This document shows, piece by piece, positions 38,121 through 52,000 of a stretch of DNA of 64,000 bases. The position numbers and the translations under genes are program-made. Below the pieces are notes generated by a model. It made no database searches. It had not been told where the DNA came from and was given only the letters and a program-made list of their open reading frames with translations. The number at the start of each line of letters is the position of its first letter. The first letter of the stretch is position 1. This stretch comes from Takakia lepidozioides (Eukaryota; Plantae; Bryophyta), in assembly GCA_030704615.1 (NCBI GenBank), contig CM060733.1, forward strand, positions 38,192,001 through 38,256,000, read 5' to 3'.

Positions 38121-39731
38121 AGGGTTTGTAGAGTATAGTAAGAAACACCTTCTTCATGGTATCTTCCCCCCTAACATGCATGCAAGATTGCATTATCTTA
38201 CTTTGCAATGCATTCATCCAATTGACAAGTTCCTCTTGATCTCCTTGGAACTCTTAGCAAGCTAATGTGCCCAATGACAAGCGCCAAGCCTTGCTTGAAT
38301 TTGAATTTTGTATGACATCTTCCATGTGCTTTCCCTTGCATGGGCTAGTCACACACACTTCCTGGGGGGTGCACTCCTCATTAAATGTACCAGCCACGTG
38401 CGTGCACAGGAGGGGGTATTTTAAACCCCCCCATGTACAACATTATACATACAGAGGGGGTTTAAAACACCTTAAATATAATTTTACAGGAGGGGGTTGT
38501 TGAGTTTTAAGGGGTAGTGTAGTGGTAAGAGCGGTGTTTAGGCCGCGATGCACCGCGGGATCATCCTTTTGTTTGTTTGTTTGTTTGTTTGTTTGTTTTT
38601 TTTTTTTTTTTTTTTTCTTTTCTATCCGCGATCTTTCTCCCCTTCCCTCCCGCGGCTTTCTCTTTTCCCTCTCCTCCTCTTATCTCCTCTCCACTCCTCT
38701 CCCGCGATCGCCTTCCCTTCCGCGGGCTTTCTCTCTCCCTTCCTCTCCACAGGGCATGGTATTCTTCCTGATGTTTACAAGGTTTAGGGGAGAGTGAGCT
38801 TGGTCTTAGCATGCCATTTTGTGGTGGTTTCTCAAAGACCAATCCGACATTACTTGACTACAGACACCAGCAGCACACCAAAGCGATCCTTTTGGGTTGA
38901 TGGGAGGGCAAATCCTCCATGGGTCATGACACAAGGTCAAGAACTTGGTATTCTTCCAGATGTTTATAAGGTTCTTGGGAGAGTCAGCTTGGTCTTAGCA
39001 GGCCGTGCTCAGCTGCACCGTGGTGGTTCTCACTGACCAATCCGTCGTTACCTGACTACAGACACAAGTAGGCACACACAAGAGGTCCTCTTTTGAGTCA
39101 GTCCAAACCAGGAAGTGGTCAGAGGTACCAATATCAGTTCTGTCGATCAACACATTGGCACACTGGGGGAACAAATTTTTGTCCATTATGGATATAGTCC
39201 ACGATGGAACGTTCCCCAGTTTGGGATTTCTCACGAGTCCACTGCACTTGGTCACCTGCAGTTGAAGTCCTTGCCCTTGGTTGTCTTCCTAGAGCGCCCC
39301 ATTGAATCACCAATGTCTAAGACCGCTCTCCAGCCAGTCAAGGGACGAACTTCTTTGAGATTGAATTGATGTGGGACTCTATTAGAAGCACTTTTGGTCA
39401 TTGCAACCTTCAACGTACACCTGTTATCAATGAGAGAACCCCGGACAGTGTATCAGAAAATGAATATTGTCTTCAGATTGCCCACACAATGGGAAGTGCA
39501 CTCTCCCTTTCCTCTCTGCTTCTGTTTGATGTTCAAAGGTAGGCTTCCTGCCCTGAGTTTAAATTCAGTCTAGTGCCGAGAGTGGGTGGACCCTTGAGGT
39601 CATCCATGATGTCCTCCCCCATGTCACTGACTGGAAACAAGTTCAGGGAAGTTTTCTGCCTAACTTCATTTTCATCAGACAATCTCATGGCAACAGACAT
39701 GGCTTTGGACACTACAGCCTCTAAGTCGGAT

Positions 39732-40600
39732 TTATCCAGCAGGGTCAAGACTTGCGGATCCAGGTCCAGGTCCTTGAGAATCTCTTTCACTCTGGTGTTG
39801 GGAAAACCTTTTGATCTCAGTCCAAACCAGGAAGTGGTCAGAGGTACCAATATCAGTTCTGTCGATCAACACATTGGCACACTGGGGGAACAAATTTTTG
39901 TCCATTATGACATAGTCCACAATGGAACGTTCCCCAGTTTGGGATTTCTCACGAGTCCACTGCACTTGGTCACCTCTTGTCCTGTTATTCAAGGTCAAAA
40001 GATGAAGCTCTTCCAGACAGTTAATTAACCGTCTGCCATTAGAATTCAGCTCGTCCTCACCAGAAGACCCAGTGATATCGTCCTGATGGAGCCCTTTGCC
40101 CACCCGGGCATTGAAGTCACCCAATAGCACCACTTGACCTTTGGCAAGGAACGAAGCACAGTCCAGTTTTACATCTTCGAAGGCTTTGTCTGCGTCAGCA
40201 CTAAGGGTCCCCTCTGTGGGCATGTAAACACAACCCACAAAGAGGTCCTTCGTACTCAAGCCGCCCTTCAGATTCAGCCAGATACTATGCTCGTACCTCA
40301 AACCCTTGTTGATAATTTCACAATTGTCAAACAAGAAATCACGGACAAAGAATCCAGCCCCTTTTTGACTACGTTTGGCAGAGGCTGCCTTGAGAGTACA
40401 CATCTTACCTGCCCATTTATAACCATTGACATCTCCAACTAGTTTATCCGACGTTTCCGATGTTTCTGCCCAGCACAGATATGAATATCATTAGTCCGAA
40501 GAACTTGTCCCACTTCAAGTTGTTTCCTTTGGTTGGTCAACCCTGAGAAGTTGAAAGTGGCCAGCCGCAAGCCAGCCCTTTGCATGTGAATTGTTTGTCG
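39732..40600 (-). mobile_element. LINE apurinic endonuclease domain fragment
   Basis: LATFNFSGL, VGCVYMP, VVLLGDFNARVG, SIVDYVI, SDHFLV. Confidence 0.85.
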
Positions 40601-40829
40601 TCTAGGTAGCTTGTGATTGCTCCTGGACGGCCTTTTCCCTGGTCTACCTTTCCTGTTTGTAGTTTGGATCGCAGTCTCCCCATCAACAAAAAAATACAGC
40701 ACAATCCAAACCCAATCCCAAGCTCGTGGCTTTGTTGTTGGTAGTTGGTTTGTTTTCTCGGCAAAACAACATCGATGCACTTCTTACTCGTATCAATCTA
40801 TCCTTGGATAGAGTAGGGTTGCCATTAAG

Positions 40830-42650
40830 TTAGGCAGAAAACTTCCCTGAACTTGTTTCAGTCAGTGACATGGGGGAGGACATCTTGGATGACCTCAAGG
40901 GTCCACCCACTCTCGGCACTAGACTGAAATTTAAACTGAGGGAAGGAAGCCTACCTTTGAACAGCAAACAAAAGTAGAGAGGAAAGGGGGAGTGCACTTC
41001 CCATTGTGTGGGCAATCTGAAGACAATATTCATTTTCTGATACACTGTCTGGGGTTCTCTCACCAAATGGGCAAAGCTCTGGGGCTCACTAAATTTTCCA
41101 CTGCACAGGGGTCAACTCTGAGGTTAAGAAAACCATGCTTTCTCGCGTTAGTAGACCTACCTTGGAGTACGGATCTGCTATATGGGTTGATAACTCCAAC
41201 CAGGCTAAGTCTCTAGAATCCATTCAAGTGGGGGCGCTTAAGGAGTGTATGTCAACATGCTCCAAAACAGCCAATGTGGCTGTTCGGGGTGAGTTTGGCA
41301 TTCCATCATTAAGCTCCCGACGAGATGAAATCAAGGTCAGATGGTGGGGTCAGCTGCAACATATGCCCAACACCAGATATCCTAAGTTAATCGACTCTAT
41401 ATCTTGGAAACCCTAAACCCTGTCAAACAGGCGAAGTCCTGGCAGAAGAGAGTAGAAAAGATTCTCAAGGACCTTGACCTGGATCCGCAAGTCTTGACCC
41501 TGCTGGATAAATCTGACTTAGAGGCTGTAGTGTCTGAAGCCATGTCTGTTGCCATGAGATTGTCTGATGAAAATGAAGTTAGGTAGAGAACTTCCCTGAA
41601 CTTGTTCCAGTCAGTGACATGGGGGTGGACATCTTGGATGACCTCAAGGGTCCACCCACTCTCGGCACTAGACTGAAATTTAAACTCAGGGCATGAAGCC
41701 TACCTTTGAACAACAAACAGAAGCAGAGAGGAAAGGGGGAGTGCACTGCCCATTGTGTGGGCAATCTGAAGACAATATTCATTTTCTGATACACTGTCTG
41801 GGGTTCTCTCACCAAATGGGCAAAGCTCTGGGGCTCACTAAATTTTCCACTGCACAGGGGTCAACTCTGAGGTTAAGAAAACCATGCTTTCTCGCGTTAG
41901 TAGACCTGCCTTGGAGTACGGATCTGCTATATGGGTTGATAACTCCAACCAGGCTAAGTCTCTAGAATCCATTCAAGTGGGGGCGCTTAAGGAGTGTATG
42001 TCAGCATGCTCCAAAACAGCCAATGTGGCTGTTCGGGGTGAGTTTGGCATTCCATCATTAAGCTCCCGACGAGATGAAATCAAGGTCAGATGGTGGGGTC
42101 AGCTGCAACATATGCCCAACACCAGATATCCTAAGTTAATCGACTCTATATCTTGGAAACCCTAAACCCTGTCAAACAGGCGAAGTCCTGGCAGAAGAGA
42201 GTAGAAAAGATTCTCAAGGACCTTGACCTGGATCCGCAAGTCTTGACCCTGCTGGATAAATCTGACTTAGAGGCTGTAGTGTCTGAAGCCATGTCTATTG
42301 CCATGAGATTGTCTGATGAAAATGAAGTTAGGCAGAGAACTTCCCTGAACTTGTTCCAGTCAGTGACATGGGGGTGGACATCTTGGATGACCTCAAGGGT
42401 CCACCCACTCTCGGCACTAGACTGAAATTTAAACTCAGGGCAGGAAGCCTACCTTTGAACAGCAAACAGAAGCAGAGAGGAAAGTGAGAGTGCAATTGTC
42501 CGTTGTGTGGGCAAGACAATATTCGTTTTCTGATACACTGTCCGGGGTTCTCTCACCAAAGAGACGCTCTCTTCAATTCTATCAAGGGAATTGTGCCTAT
42601 ACCCCTGTTTACCAACTTTGAAAGTCTCGAGGCTGAGGATAGGTGGAGAG
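40830..42650 (+). repeat. 749-bp tandem array (~2.3 copies) of a LINE ORF2 C-terminal segment
   Basis: Units begin at ~40830, 41579 and 42328. They encode RPTLEYGSAIW...VRGEFG and CPLCGQSEDNIHFLIHC. An inverted partial copy lies at ~39430-39800 and a short related piece at ~52890. Confidence 0.9.
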
Positions 42651-44494
42651 GCGCAGAGGAACAGAACAAAAGAAAAGCAATCAGTTTGGACATACCTGAA
42701 TCAAAACCCAAACCCGATGACCAAACTTAGGACCAGCAGGTGCTACCAGACGCCAATGAGAGATAGCGACCAGGTTTCTCAAGAGCCACAAGATGAACTG
42801 AAGCTTCTGTCTCAGCCTCCGGAGCCAGGCCTTGTTGAGTATGCTTAGGCCATGGAAGGGTGCCACTATTCCGCAAACGCCAAATCTTGGTAGAATGCGA
42901 TTGTACTTCACAATGGCTGCAGGAAGCTCAAAGATCTTATGGGATAAGAGGAAAAAAGAAACAAGAAAGAGAGGGGGTCACAAAGCTCATGGCATGCTAA
43001 GACCATGCTGACACGGAAGGGGTGCGGGGGAGGAGGGAAAAGAGAGCCCGCGGGAGACAGATCGCGGGGAGAAAAGAAAAAAAAGAAAAGCAAAAAAACA
43101 TTGCATCGCGATTTGATCCCGCGATGTGTCACGCCACATTCTACGCCCTTACCACTAGACTACTCCTAAAACTTACTAACCCCCTCCTGTAAGATTATAT
43201 TTAAGGTGATATAAAGCCCCCTCTATATGTATAATGTTGTACATGGAGGGGTTTAAAATACCCCCTCCTGTGCACGCACATGGCTGGTACATATTGGCTA
43301 GAGTGCACCCCCCGGGCTGTAGAACAAGTTTAGAAACTGTCCCAGTTGATGAACAGAGGTGCAGTGACTAGGTCTTGATGGTCTTCAAGAGGATCACTCT
43401 CTGATGAAAATACCCATGACTATATATGAGAAAATGGAAACTTTCTTCAGGCCTCTTGCACATCGAGCATTGACAATGTCCCTTTCCTCTCTACATCTGA
43501 ATATTGTTCAAAGTGAGATTCCACATCAAGTTTTATCGAGGGCAAACAATTTTTTAAATTAATTTATTCGATTTTATTCGATTTTAAATTAATAAACTTG
43601 ATATAATATAAAAACATACATATACATATTTGAGGGTATTTTTTAATTATTGAAAAGGGAAATATACATACATAAGGGGGTACTTTTTAAAAATTACAAA
43701 TTTCTATATATTTACAGGAGGGGGTTTTATAATCTTCAAAATGTATGTACAGAGGGGGTATAAATGATCCAAGGACCCGTATATAGGGGGTTTTTTTTAT
43801 TAGGCGGCGAACGCACGTGATACGGACATTTTATAAAGAGTGCACCCCCCAGGACACACTTCCACCTCTTGACCTAGGTGTTGTCTTCATTCATCATAAT
43901 GTGTATCCACACCTCTATTCAAGAGCTCATCTTCTCAAACTTGAAGTCACAAGCCCTAAAGAGCATGCTCCACATAAGCATCACTTGCTTGATCAACCAT
44001 CCACCACAAAACTTAAGCAAAAAGGGAATGAATACATGAGCTTCACCTTCCCCTTCCTTGCCTTGTCACATGCTAATGTATGGTTGAAGTTTCTATGCAT
44101 GCCGTGAGCCACAATCTCCTTTTTTTGTGAAGACCACCTCCAATCATCTCCCACATATGCTCCAAGCTCTTCAATACTCTAGGCTTGGTTTCACATCATC
44201 ATGGATAGAATTCTCACCCACATGCTTCCCTTTAGAGTCATCTTGAGCTTCTTGATGCTCTCCAAGTGGTTGCTTTTGTTGTCTTCAAGCCCTAGCCTAT
44301 GTAGCTCATTGGCTTTTCTTCCACAACATGCACCACCTCATACATAAGGAATGAACTTGCTCACTTCACCTTCTAGCTCTCCTCAAGCTTGAATTGGAAG
44401 CCACACTTGGAAAGCATGCTCCACACATGCGCCACTTGCTTGGTCAATCACTTGCTTCACCAAGAGCAATCCAATAACTCATAGAACTAGCCAA

Positions 44495-46712
44495 ATCGGA
44501 TGATTTTAGACAATATCTTGCTTGCCAATGAAGTCATGCATACTGCCTTTGAAGAACAGCAGCCCATTGCTATGTTAATGCTTGACTTTGAAAAAGCATT
44601 TGATAATATTAACTGGACTTACTTGTTGGGTGCTCTACAAGTTGCTGGTCTTGGGGGGGACTTCCTCAAATGGGTCAACATTCTGCTCTCATCAACATCT
44701 AGTAGAGTGTTAATCAATGGTGCCATTTCTAAGCCATTTCCGCTCCTCAAGTCCGTCAGGCAAGGATGCCCGCTAGCACCGTTCCTCTTCCCTATCGCAG
44801 CGGATGGGCTTGGACATCTGATGGATATGAGAAATGATTCTATGGGTTTGAAGATACCGCGCTCCCCTTCGCAGGATCCATCATCTTCCATCAGGTCTTC
44901 CTGTACGCAGATGAGTACAATACTCTTTTCATTGACAAGTACAACATGCTTTCTAATGTTAAGGCCTCCCTCAATTCTCTCTCATGTTTCTATGCTGCTT
45001 CTGGCTTAAGCATCAATTGGAGCAAATCTATTTGTTTGCTTAGCCTGCTACCTGATTCCAGTGCAGCTAAACATTGTGAACAATGGGGTTCTGACTTGCA
45101 GGGTCTACGATGGTTGCCAAGCTGGTCAGGCTCATGAGCTCCTTGGCCATCAGGTTGGTCATCACCTCATAGATGATCTCAGATTCGTTGTTGTGCTCAC
45201 CAAGCTGAAAAGACAATTAAGCTATTGGAGCTCCATGCATCTTTCAATTTGTTGGTAGAGCCTTGGTTGCTAACCAAGTAATACTGGCCTCATCTTGGTT
45301 CTCTTTTTCAGTATGGCCCCTTGGTGCGCCCATCATTTGCTAAATCAAGTCTATGATAAAAAAAACTTTATTTGGGGAGCAACCTCGGCTTCCACAAACA
45401 AAAGAGCTTTAGTGAGCTGGGGGCAACTTTGTCAGAAAAGGAAGAATGGTGGCTTGGGAATCTTGGATCCGCATGTGCAAAGTACTGCATTATTGGCGAA
45501 GTGGGTGCCCCGTGTTTTTACACACATGTCCAGCCCTTGGAGTCGGCTAGTGAGATCCCATATCGTTGCAGCAACCCCCAAATCAAGCAGCCTTTGGCCT
45601 GCTTCATTGAAATGGATGGTGCATGGGGCCGGATCTTCCAATATCAATCTTGTCAAGGGTTTTAAAGCATGGCAATCCATTTGGTTGGCATGGTGTATGT
45701 TGAGACCTTCTTTATTCCAAAGACAACCTACCTCCATGTCTGAAGTTTTGAGACAACCGTTGTTTGGTAATTTCAACCGAGATTCTAAGTCTTTGGTTAA
45801 ATGTACAAGTCGTTGAAAAGTCAATCGAAACCTGGAGTTGTGTACATGCGGCTTAAGGCTTTTCAAAGCAAAGAATTGCCAGAGGATCATGGGAGATAGT
45901 AATGGGCAGCCTGCCACCCCTCTGGAATGACTTGCTTTCGCAGCCTGACAACCTCCCTCTACCTATGTGGCTCGGTTATGCTGATGGCTCTAGACATAAG
46001 GCCTTCTTTGCAACCACGAGAAATTCTAGTTCCTTTGCAGGAATTGGTTTTCATGTGTAGCAAGATGATATCTTATTACACCCTAAACCCATTTCACTAC
46101 CTGCCAGTAATGACTTCTATGCAATAAGAGTTGTTTGCTCTATTACTGGTGACTCCAGTCCTTTTCCTCCTCTGGAACTCCAACACTACAGAGGCTCTTT
46201 CTTCTGGTTCCTTTCTACACCCGTGAAACTTTTGCAGTTTGATCCTGCTGAGTGGCGTTGGATGAGCAAAAAGCAAAACCACTTCTTTGCTTATACTGTC
46301 AAGATGGGATATTCCCTACTGGTGCCGAATCAATCTTTTGACAGGAAGTGGCTAAAGAAATGGGCTCACATCGCAGGCTAGCAGATCCCCAGGAAGCTTG
46401 TGTGGGCAGATATCTGGAAGAAACATAGGCCTTCAAAGATATTAGGGCTTCTTTGGAAAATTGTAAACATGATTGTACCTGTTGGTGCATCTCTCTCTGA
46501 TCCACCAGCTACATGTGAAGTATGTAACCAGGACAGCATAGAGGACATTGAGCACTGCTTTGTGCTTTGTCCCTTTGCGCAGGCTGCCTGGTCTCGGGCC
46601 CTTACTTTATACTCTTACTGGAAATCTAATTTTGCCCCCTCTGTTGCTGTATTGCTTCTTAATATTGTTTATTCAATAGATTTATCAGGGCTACAATCCC
46701 CCTGTTAACTAA
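44495..46712 (+). mobile_element. L1-like LINE ORF2, 3' piece (RT to zf-RVT), degenerate
   Basis: ILDNILLANE, LDFEKAFD, SVRQGCPLAPFLF, YADE, GGLGILD, and CEVC...IEHCFVLCPFAQAAW. Confidence 0.9.
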
Positions 46713-47329
46713 TATATATATAGACATATGTACACATAAATTAATATAGTACACATACCAGAGTAAATGAAGAAGACGACGGGGAGTACAAGTATTGTGG
46801 CTTGTATGAAAAAACTGCTACCAGCCTGGTCTGATATATTACCAAGTATTCTCCCAAATGATACCAGACGGGTCTGGTATCTTATAGCAGTGCATATACC
46901 AGTACTTTATACATGTCCTTCACCTATATACCTGACCAACACTGGACCAAACTGGGCATGATTTTAAGCATAACTTTAATGAGTCTTTTTCTTCCTTTTC
47001 TTGCAGTTGTCTGTGCATCTGTCTCGGAAATCAAGAGATCGTCTCCCTAAGCCCTGGCACTGACAGAGAAGGGTTAGAAGCAAAGTGCCCGTGTTCAACA
47101 TATTACCATACCAGTTTCTAGACAACAGTGAATGGAATTGCAGCCTCAAGTTCTTTGATTTCCTCATTGGAAAGCTTTACCCAAAGATCCAATGTTGGAC
47201 TCGAGGTTAGTCTTCTTCGTTGTACCTGGAATATGCACTACATCAGGCCCCTTGTGTTGAACCGTGGCCAGCGCCAGCTGACTTGGCGTGCAGTTCTTCT
47301 GCTTTTGCCATCTCGTTCATAGTTCATAC

Positions 47330-48531
47330 CAGTGTTGGGAAGGTATATTGATTTTTCCTACCATCAGGATAAGGGTATATATGATTTTGGGGATCAAACT
47401 TATCCTCAGGGTAAGGGTATAATCTATTTTTTGAAAATATTTACCCTCCGGATAAGGGTATATTATTTTTTTGGTAAACATTTACCCTCAGGGTAAGGGT
47501 ATTGGGTGCCACATATACCATGAGGATAAGGGTAATTGCAGGATAATGGTACCATTTTTATATCCTTGGATATCCCAGGGTAATTATAAAGGATGAATTA
47601 ATTTAATTTGTGAATTTCATTAAATACTTAGAATAAAGCATTTCAACCGTGTAACATCCCCATTATACAGAATTTAACAGGCTATGCCTTTAATTTTGAA
47701 AAAATAAATTGTTTACTTTTTTTGTGGCTTATGAATAGTAAAATTTTAGCCCTCATTTATGCTCCTCTAATGGCCCTAAAATATAATAACAAAACAACAC
47801 ATTTGATCATAATGAGGTCCAAAATCACCGGCGCTTGAAGCAGACTCTTTGCACGATAGAGAGAATGGCGGGGACCGGGGAAGGAGAGAGCTCGGCAGTA
47901 GCACACGCATTTTGCAAGAAGGAGAGAGTGGCAAGGACCGGTCTTGGAGCATAAGCTCTGGCCCAAATGAAGACCAACGAAGGGAAAAAAATAAAAAAAA
48001 ATAAAAAAAATGCTAGTGTTTGCCTTCTCTACTAGCAAGTACCACACCTACCAACAATTGGTAGCTCAGATGGAAAGTGCACTTATTGCCACCCAGATGG
48101 TTTTGGGGTCAAATCTTGCTACCTTGATGGCTGTGGTATGTTGTGGGCGGTGTCCCATGCGTAAGCCTTCACGGCGAGGTTACTCAAAGAGGTTATTTTT
48201 TCCTCTCACTATAACTAAGGGGACTGATTTGTGAGCTGTCCCTTTAATATATAGATATATATATATATACCACACCTAAACCCTAGTAATCAAATTATTA
48301 TACCCTTCCCTATTACCCGGCCATTGAACAGATTTACCCTCAGGGTAAGGGTATCCTTCGAAATTTCAAACCCCAGGGTCTAATCCATTAAGGGTATAAC
48401 AAAAATAATTACCCCTGACAAGGGTAGGGTAAGGGTATTTTGGAATTTCCAGGGTTCAGTATATCCATATACCCTTATTGGGTTTTACCCTCAGGGTATA
48501 ATGGCAGAAAAAGGGTATCCTCCCTACACTG
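47330..48531. mobile_element. Non-autonomous hAT-type element with AAGGGTA subterminal repeats
   Basis: Ends CAGTGTTGGGA / TCCCTACACTG. TSD GTTCATAC (47322-47329) / GTTCATGC (48532-48539). Confidence 0.8.
48050..48267 (+). mobile_element. tRNA-derived SINE with (AT)n tail
   Basis: A-box-like GGTAGCTCAGATGG and B-box-like GGGTCAAATC. TSD TACCACACCT at 48040-48049 and 48268-48277. Homologous to the copies at 60.3 and 62.2 kb. Confidence 0.85.
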
Positions 48532-49089
48532 GTTCATGCACCCCAACAGGAGCTGGTTCGTCTCAATGTTGGCACAGACAGCAAAGACACAAATATCCAT
48601 AGTTGGCTTCCAGCAAAAGCCCAATGTTACAAGACAAATTAGGCTGCACAGAAGTTTATCCAGGTTTAGGTTCACGCAAGGCCTGTGTTGAAAAATGCAT
48701 GGTCCACCAAACTGGTGAGTTGAGAAATGTCACATGTAACCAGTTTCTGGTGCTTGCAGTGCAAGTGGCCATTTTCCAACCTCCTTAGTAGCCAACGCTT
48801 CAACAGTTAATAGAAATCACACTAACTACTGCATGCAAACATAACAACAATGGTCCCAAAGGAACCTTTAGTCATTGAAAGAACAAACTTAAATAGCCCC
48901 TGAAGACAAGGTACCTAAGTGAAGCACTTCCAGTCTTCAAACGATGTACTCACTCCAGGAGTGTGACTTAAACAATTGGTTTAGGTTTTCCAGACTTCCT
49001 CTAGAAATCCCTTCACACACGCATCAATCTACTTTGTGTGAGCTGCCCAGCAAATAGACCCCAATAGGGCCGAGGTTTTAGGCTCAACC

Positions 49090-52000
49090 TTGAGATTTTG
49101 CAAGTTGGTGAACAGAAGTACAGATAATGAAACATGCCCAGCGTCAATCCTCCCCTCCATCTTAGATCTACCATATGCTAATGACAAGGCTACCCCATCT
49201 TACTCACGCTCTTTGGGACTCAGCCCTGCGATCCTTCCCAGTTACCCTCCCATCTACCTCCTCACCCTTCTCCACTCGTAGATATGCACCATTCTATGAT
49301 AAAGAATGCAAAGTTGCTAGATGTCACATCAAATCTGTACTCCTTGATATACATTCCTCTCCAGATTCCAAAAACCTAGCTCTCAAGCACTATCCTAGAA
49401 CAGGTTGATTAAGCTGAATCATTTCACATACGTGCTAAGGGACAAGCTGGTTTCGGTTGCAACAGATCCACTCTTGACCACATTTTCACTCTTCAAGCTA
49501 TTACCAAAAATTCGTTGACTTTCATAAGGCTTTTGATTCGGTTCCTTAGGATCTTCTTTTCCAATGGCTCCATAGGGTGGGAGTCCCGAGCAAGACATCC
49601 TATATGCCATCTCTTCCATGTACGAGATTGTCACTGGCATGGTCAACGTGGGGGAATCCTTAGCAGAGGTCCATAACAATATTGGGGTCAAACAGGGCTG
49701 CCCCCTCTCACCTATCCTTTTCGGGATCTACATTGACGTTTTGGAGGTTCAACCTCAAAAAACCATGGAGTTGGGGTGCCGTTGGATGGGGGACCAATGT
49801 GATCAAATCTCCTCTACGTTGATGATGTTGCCCTTTTGGCACAATCTCCTGTCTTCTTGCAACGTCATCTCCACATCCTGGAACAGTTCTCCAAAGTCTA
49901 TGAGCTGCAAGTCAACCTTAACAAAACCAAGATCATGGTTTTCAATGGCCAGGCCAACCGCAGATTCATCTTCAACAATCAGGAGATTGAGATAATGAAA
50001 CCATACCAGTATCTGGGTCTGGTTATCCACTCGCCCAAATTCTAGTTTGCAGCAACTGCCCTAGACAGACAAAGGGTAAAGGTGGCCTTCATCCACCTTC
50101 AAGCCAAATGCAAACAGATACATCTGCGCCACCCCCACCCAAAAGTGACTGTTTGACAGCATTGTCATCCTAGCTGCCACTTATGGTTGAGTTCTGGGCA
50201 CCTGGTGTCCCAGTTTCTTGGTGGAACCATTGCAGTCATCTTTTCTCCAAGCAATGCTTGGTGCCAAAGACACAACTCCATCTCACATCCTAGGTGCAAA
50301 GTTCATATGCGTGCCACTGAAAATCGAGGCCCTCTTCCAGCTTACAAATTTTCTTCATAGGTTACAAGCCCTTCCACCCAAGGGGCTCATGGCAAGAGCC
50401 CTCGCAACATCTATTAGGCTCAAAACTGCAAGTTTCAGGCGCTCCTGGTATGCTCGACTGGAAGGTTTTTTTGAGCACAATGGACTCTCTATTGCTTCAT
50501 TATTACCAGTGAATCCAGAGGGAGTAGACATCACATCCAAATAGGATCGCAAGAGACTTAATAGAAGGGAGCTTATGGAACTACATGTTAGGAGAACTTG
50601 GAAGCTACCCAATCTCACGACAAAGCTCCATTTCTATGGAGAGACATTTTTGGTTCTCCGGGATGATAGAATCTTGAGGCCCAATTACCTTTCGACATCT
50701 TTATCTCCTTCCCTCCTGACAGCATTGGGGCAGTTCAGGGTGGGCTCCCACAACCTACGGATAGAGACTGGCAGATGGGAAAACCTGCAACGGGAGGACC
50801 GCCTATGTCCAGCTTGCACATGGCGCAACTGGGAAATTGAAATTGAAGAACACTTCTTCTTCTATTACCCTCTATGCTACGAGATCCGTGGGAGATTCCA
50901 CTGTCTATTCCGCGGAACCCAATCTCTCACTCAAGTCTTCCACTATGAGGATCAGAAATGCTAGGCAGCTTCTCTGCACGAGCCCTTCACCCTTAGAAAA
51001 TCACTCGGACAATCGTTTTTATTCTTGGTGCTGGTTTTGTTTCATCTCATGTTTTCTTCCATTTTGTCCCATAAGCTCTATGAGCTTTCCGCGGACGTTA
51101 TAAAGCACCATTTCATTTCAGTTCTTGGAGGTTTACATCTCACAAAACCATGAAGTTGGTGTGCCATTGGATGGAGGACCAACACAATCAGATCTCTTCT
51201 ACGCAGATGATGTTGCCCTTTTGGCACAATCTCCTGTCTTCGTGCAATGTCACCTCCACATCCTGGAACAGTTCTCCAAAGACTATGGGCTGTAAGTCAA
51301 CCTAAGCAAAACCAAGATCACGGTTTTCAATGGCCAGGCCGTCCGCAGATCCATCTTCAACAATTAGGAGATTGAGATAATGAAATCATACCGGTAGCTG
51401 GGTCTGGTTATCCACTCCCCCAAATTCTAGTTTGCAGCAACTCTCCTGGACAGATTGACAAAAAGCAAAGTGGCCTCCATTCGCCTTCAAGCCAAATGCA
51501 AACAGATACGTCTGCGCCACCCCCAACTGAAAAGTGGCTGTTTGACAGCGTTGTCACCTCGGCTGCCATTTATGGGTGTGAGTTCTGGGCACCTGGTGTC
51601 CTAGTTTCCTGGTGGGAAAAGAATCTAGAACCTGAACCATTGCAGTCATCTTTTCTCCAAGCAATGCTTGACGCCAGAGGCACAACTCCATCTCACATCC
51701 TGGGTGCAGAGTTCGCATGCGTACCACTGCAAACTGAGGCCCTCTTCCGGCTTACAATTTTTCTTCATAGGTTACAAGCCCTTCCCCCCAAGGGGCTCGT
51801 GGCCAGAACCCTCGCAACATCTATTAGGCTAAAAAATGTAGGTTTCAAACAATCCTGAGTGGACAGTTTTTTTTAGCGCATTTGACTCTCTATTGCTTCA
51901 CTATTACCAGTGAATCCAGAAGGGGTGGAAAAAACATCCAAGCAAGACGGCAACAGACTCATTAGAAGGGAGCTTATGGAACTGCATGTCAGGAGAACTT

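Larger units (their letters stand above)
38361..43853. mobile_element. Non-autonomous TIR DNA element with 8-bp TSD and an extra internal right end, filled with LINE fragments
   Basis: TIR CCTGGGGGGTGCACTC / GAGTGCACCCCCCAGG. TSD ACACACTT at 38353-38360 and 43854-43861. An internal end GAGTGCACCCCCCGGG finishes at 43316. Confidence 0.85.
29289..44490 (-). mobile_element. Ty3/gypsy LTR retrotransposon carrying a C5 DNA methyltransferase and an integrase-PHD; decayed, 5' LTR not seen
   Basis: Order gag - zinc knuckles - protease - C5-MTase - RT - RNase H - integrase - PHD, then PPT (29827-29840) and 3' LTR (29289-29826). Assignment of the leader (37354-38360 and 43854-44490) and the 5' boundary is approximate. 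Confidence 0.88.
28531..46944. mobile_element. hAT-type MITE split by an ~18 kb nest of insertions (halves 28531-28810 and ~46715-46944)
   Basis: Ends CAATGTTG.../...CAACACTG. 8-bp TSD GACCAAAC at 28523-28530 and 46945-46952. Both halves align in order with the sister copy at 61704-62836. Confidence 0.88.
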
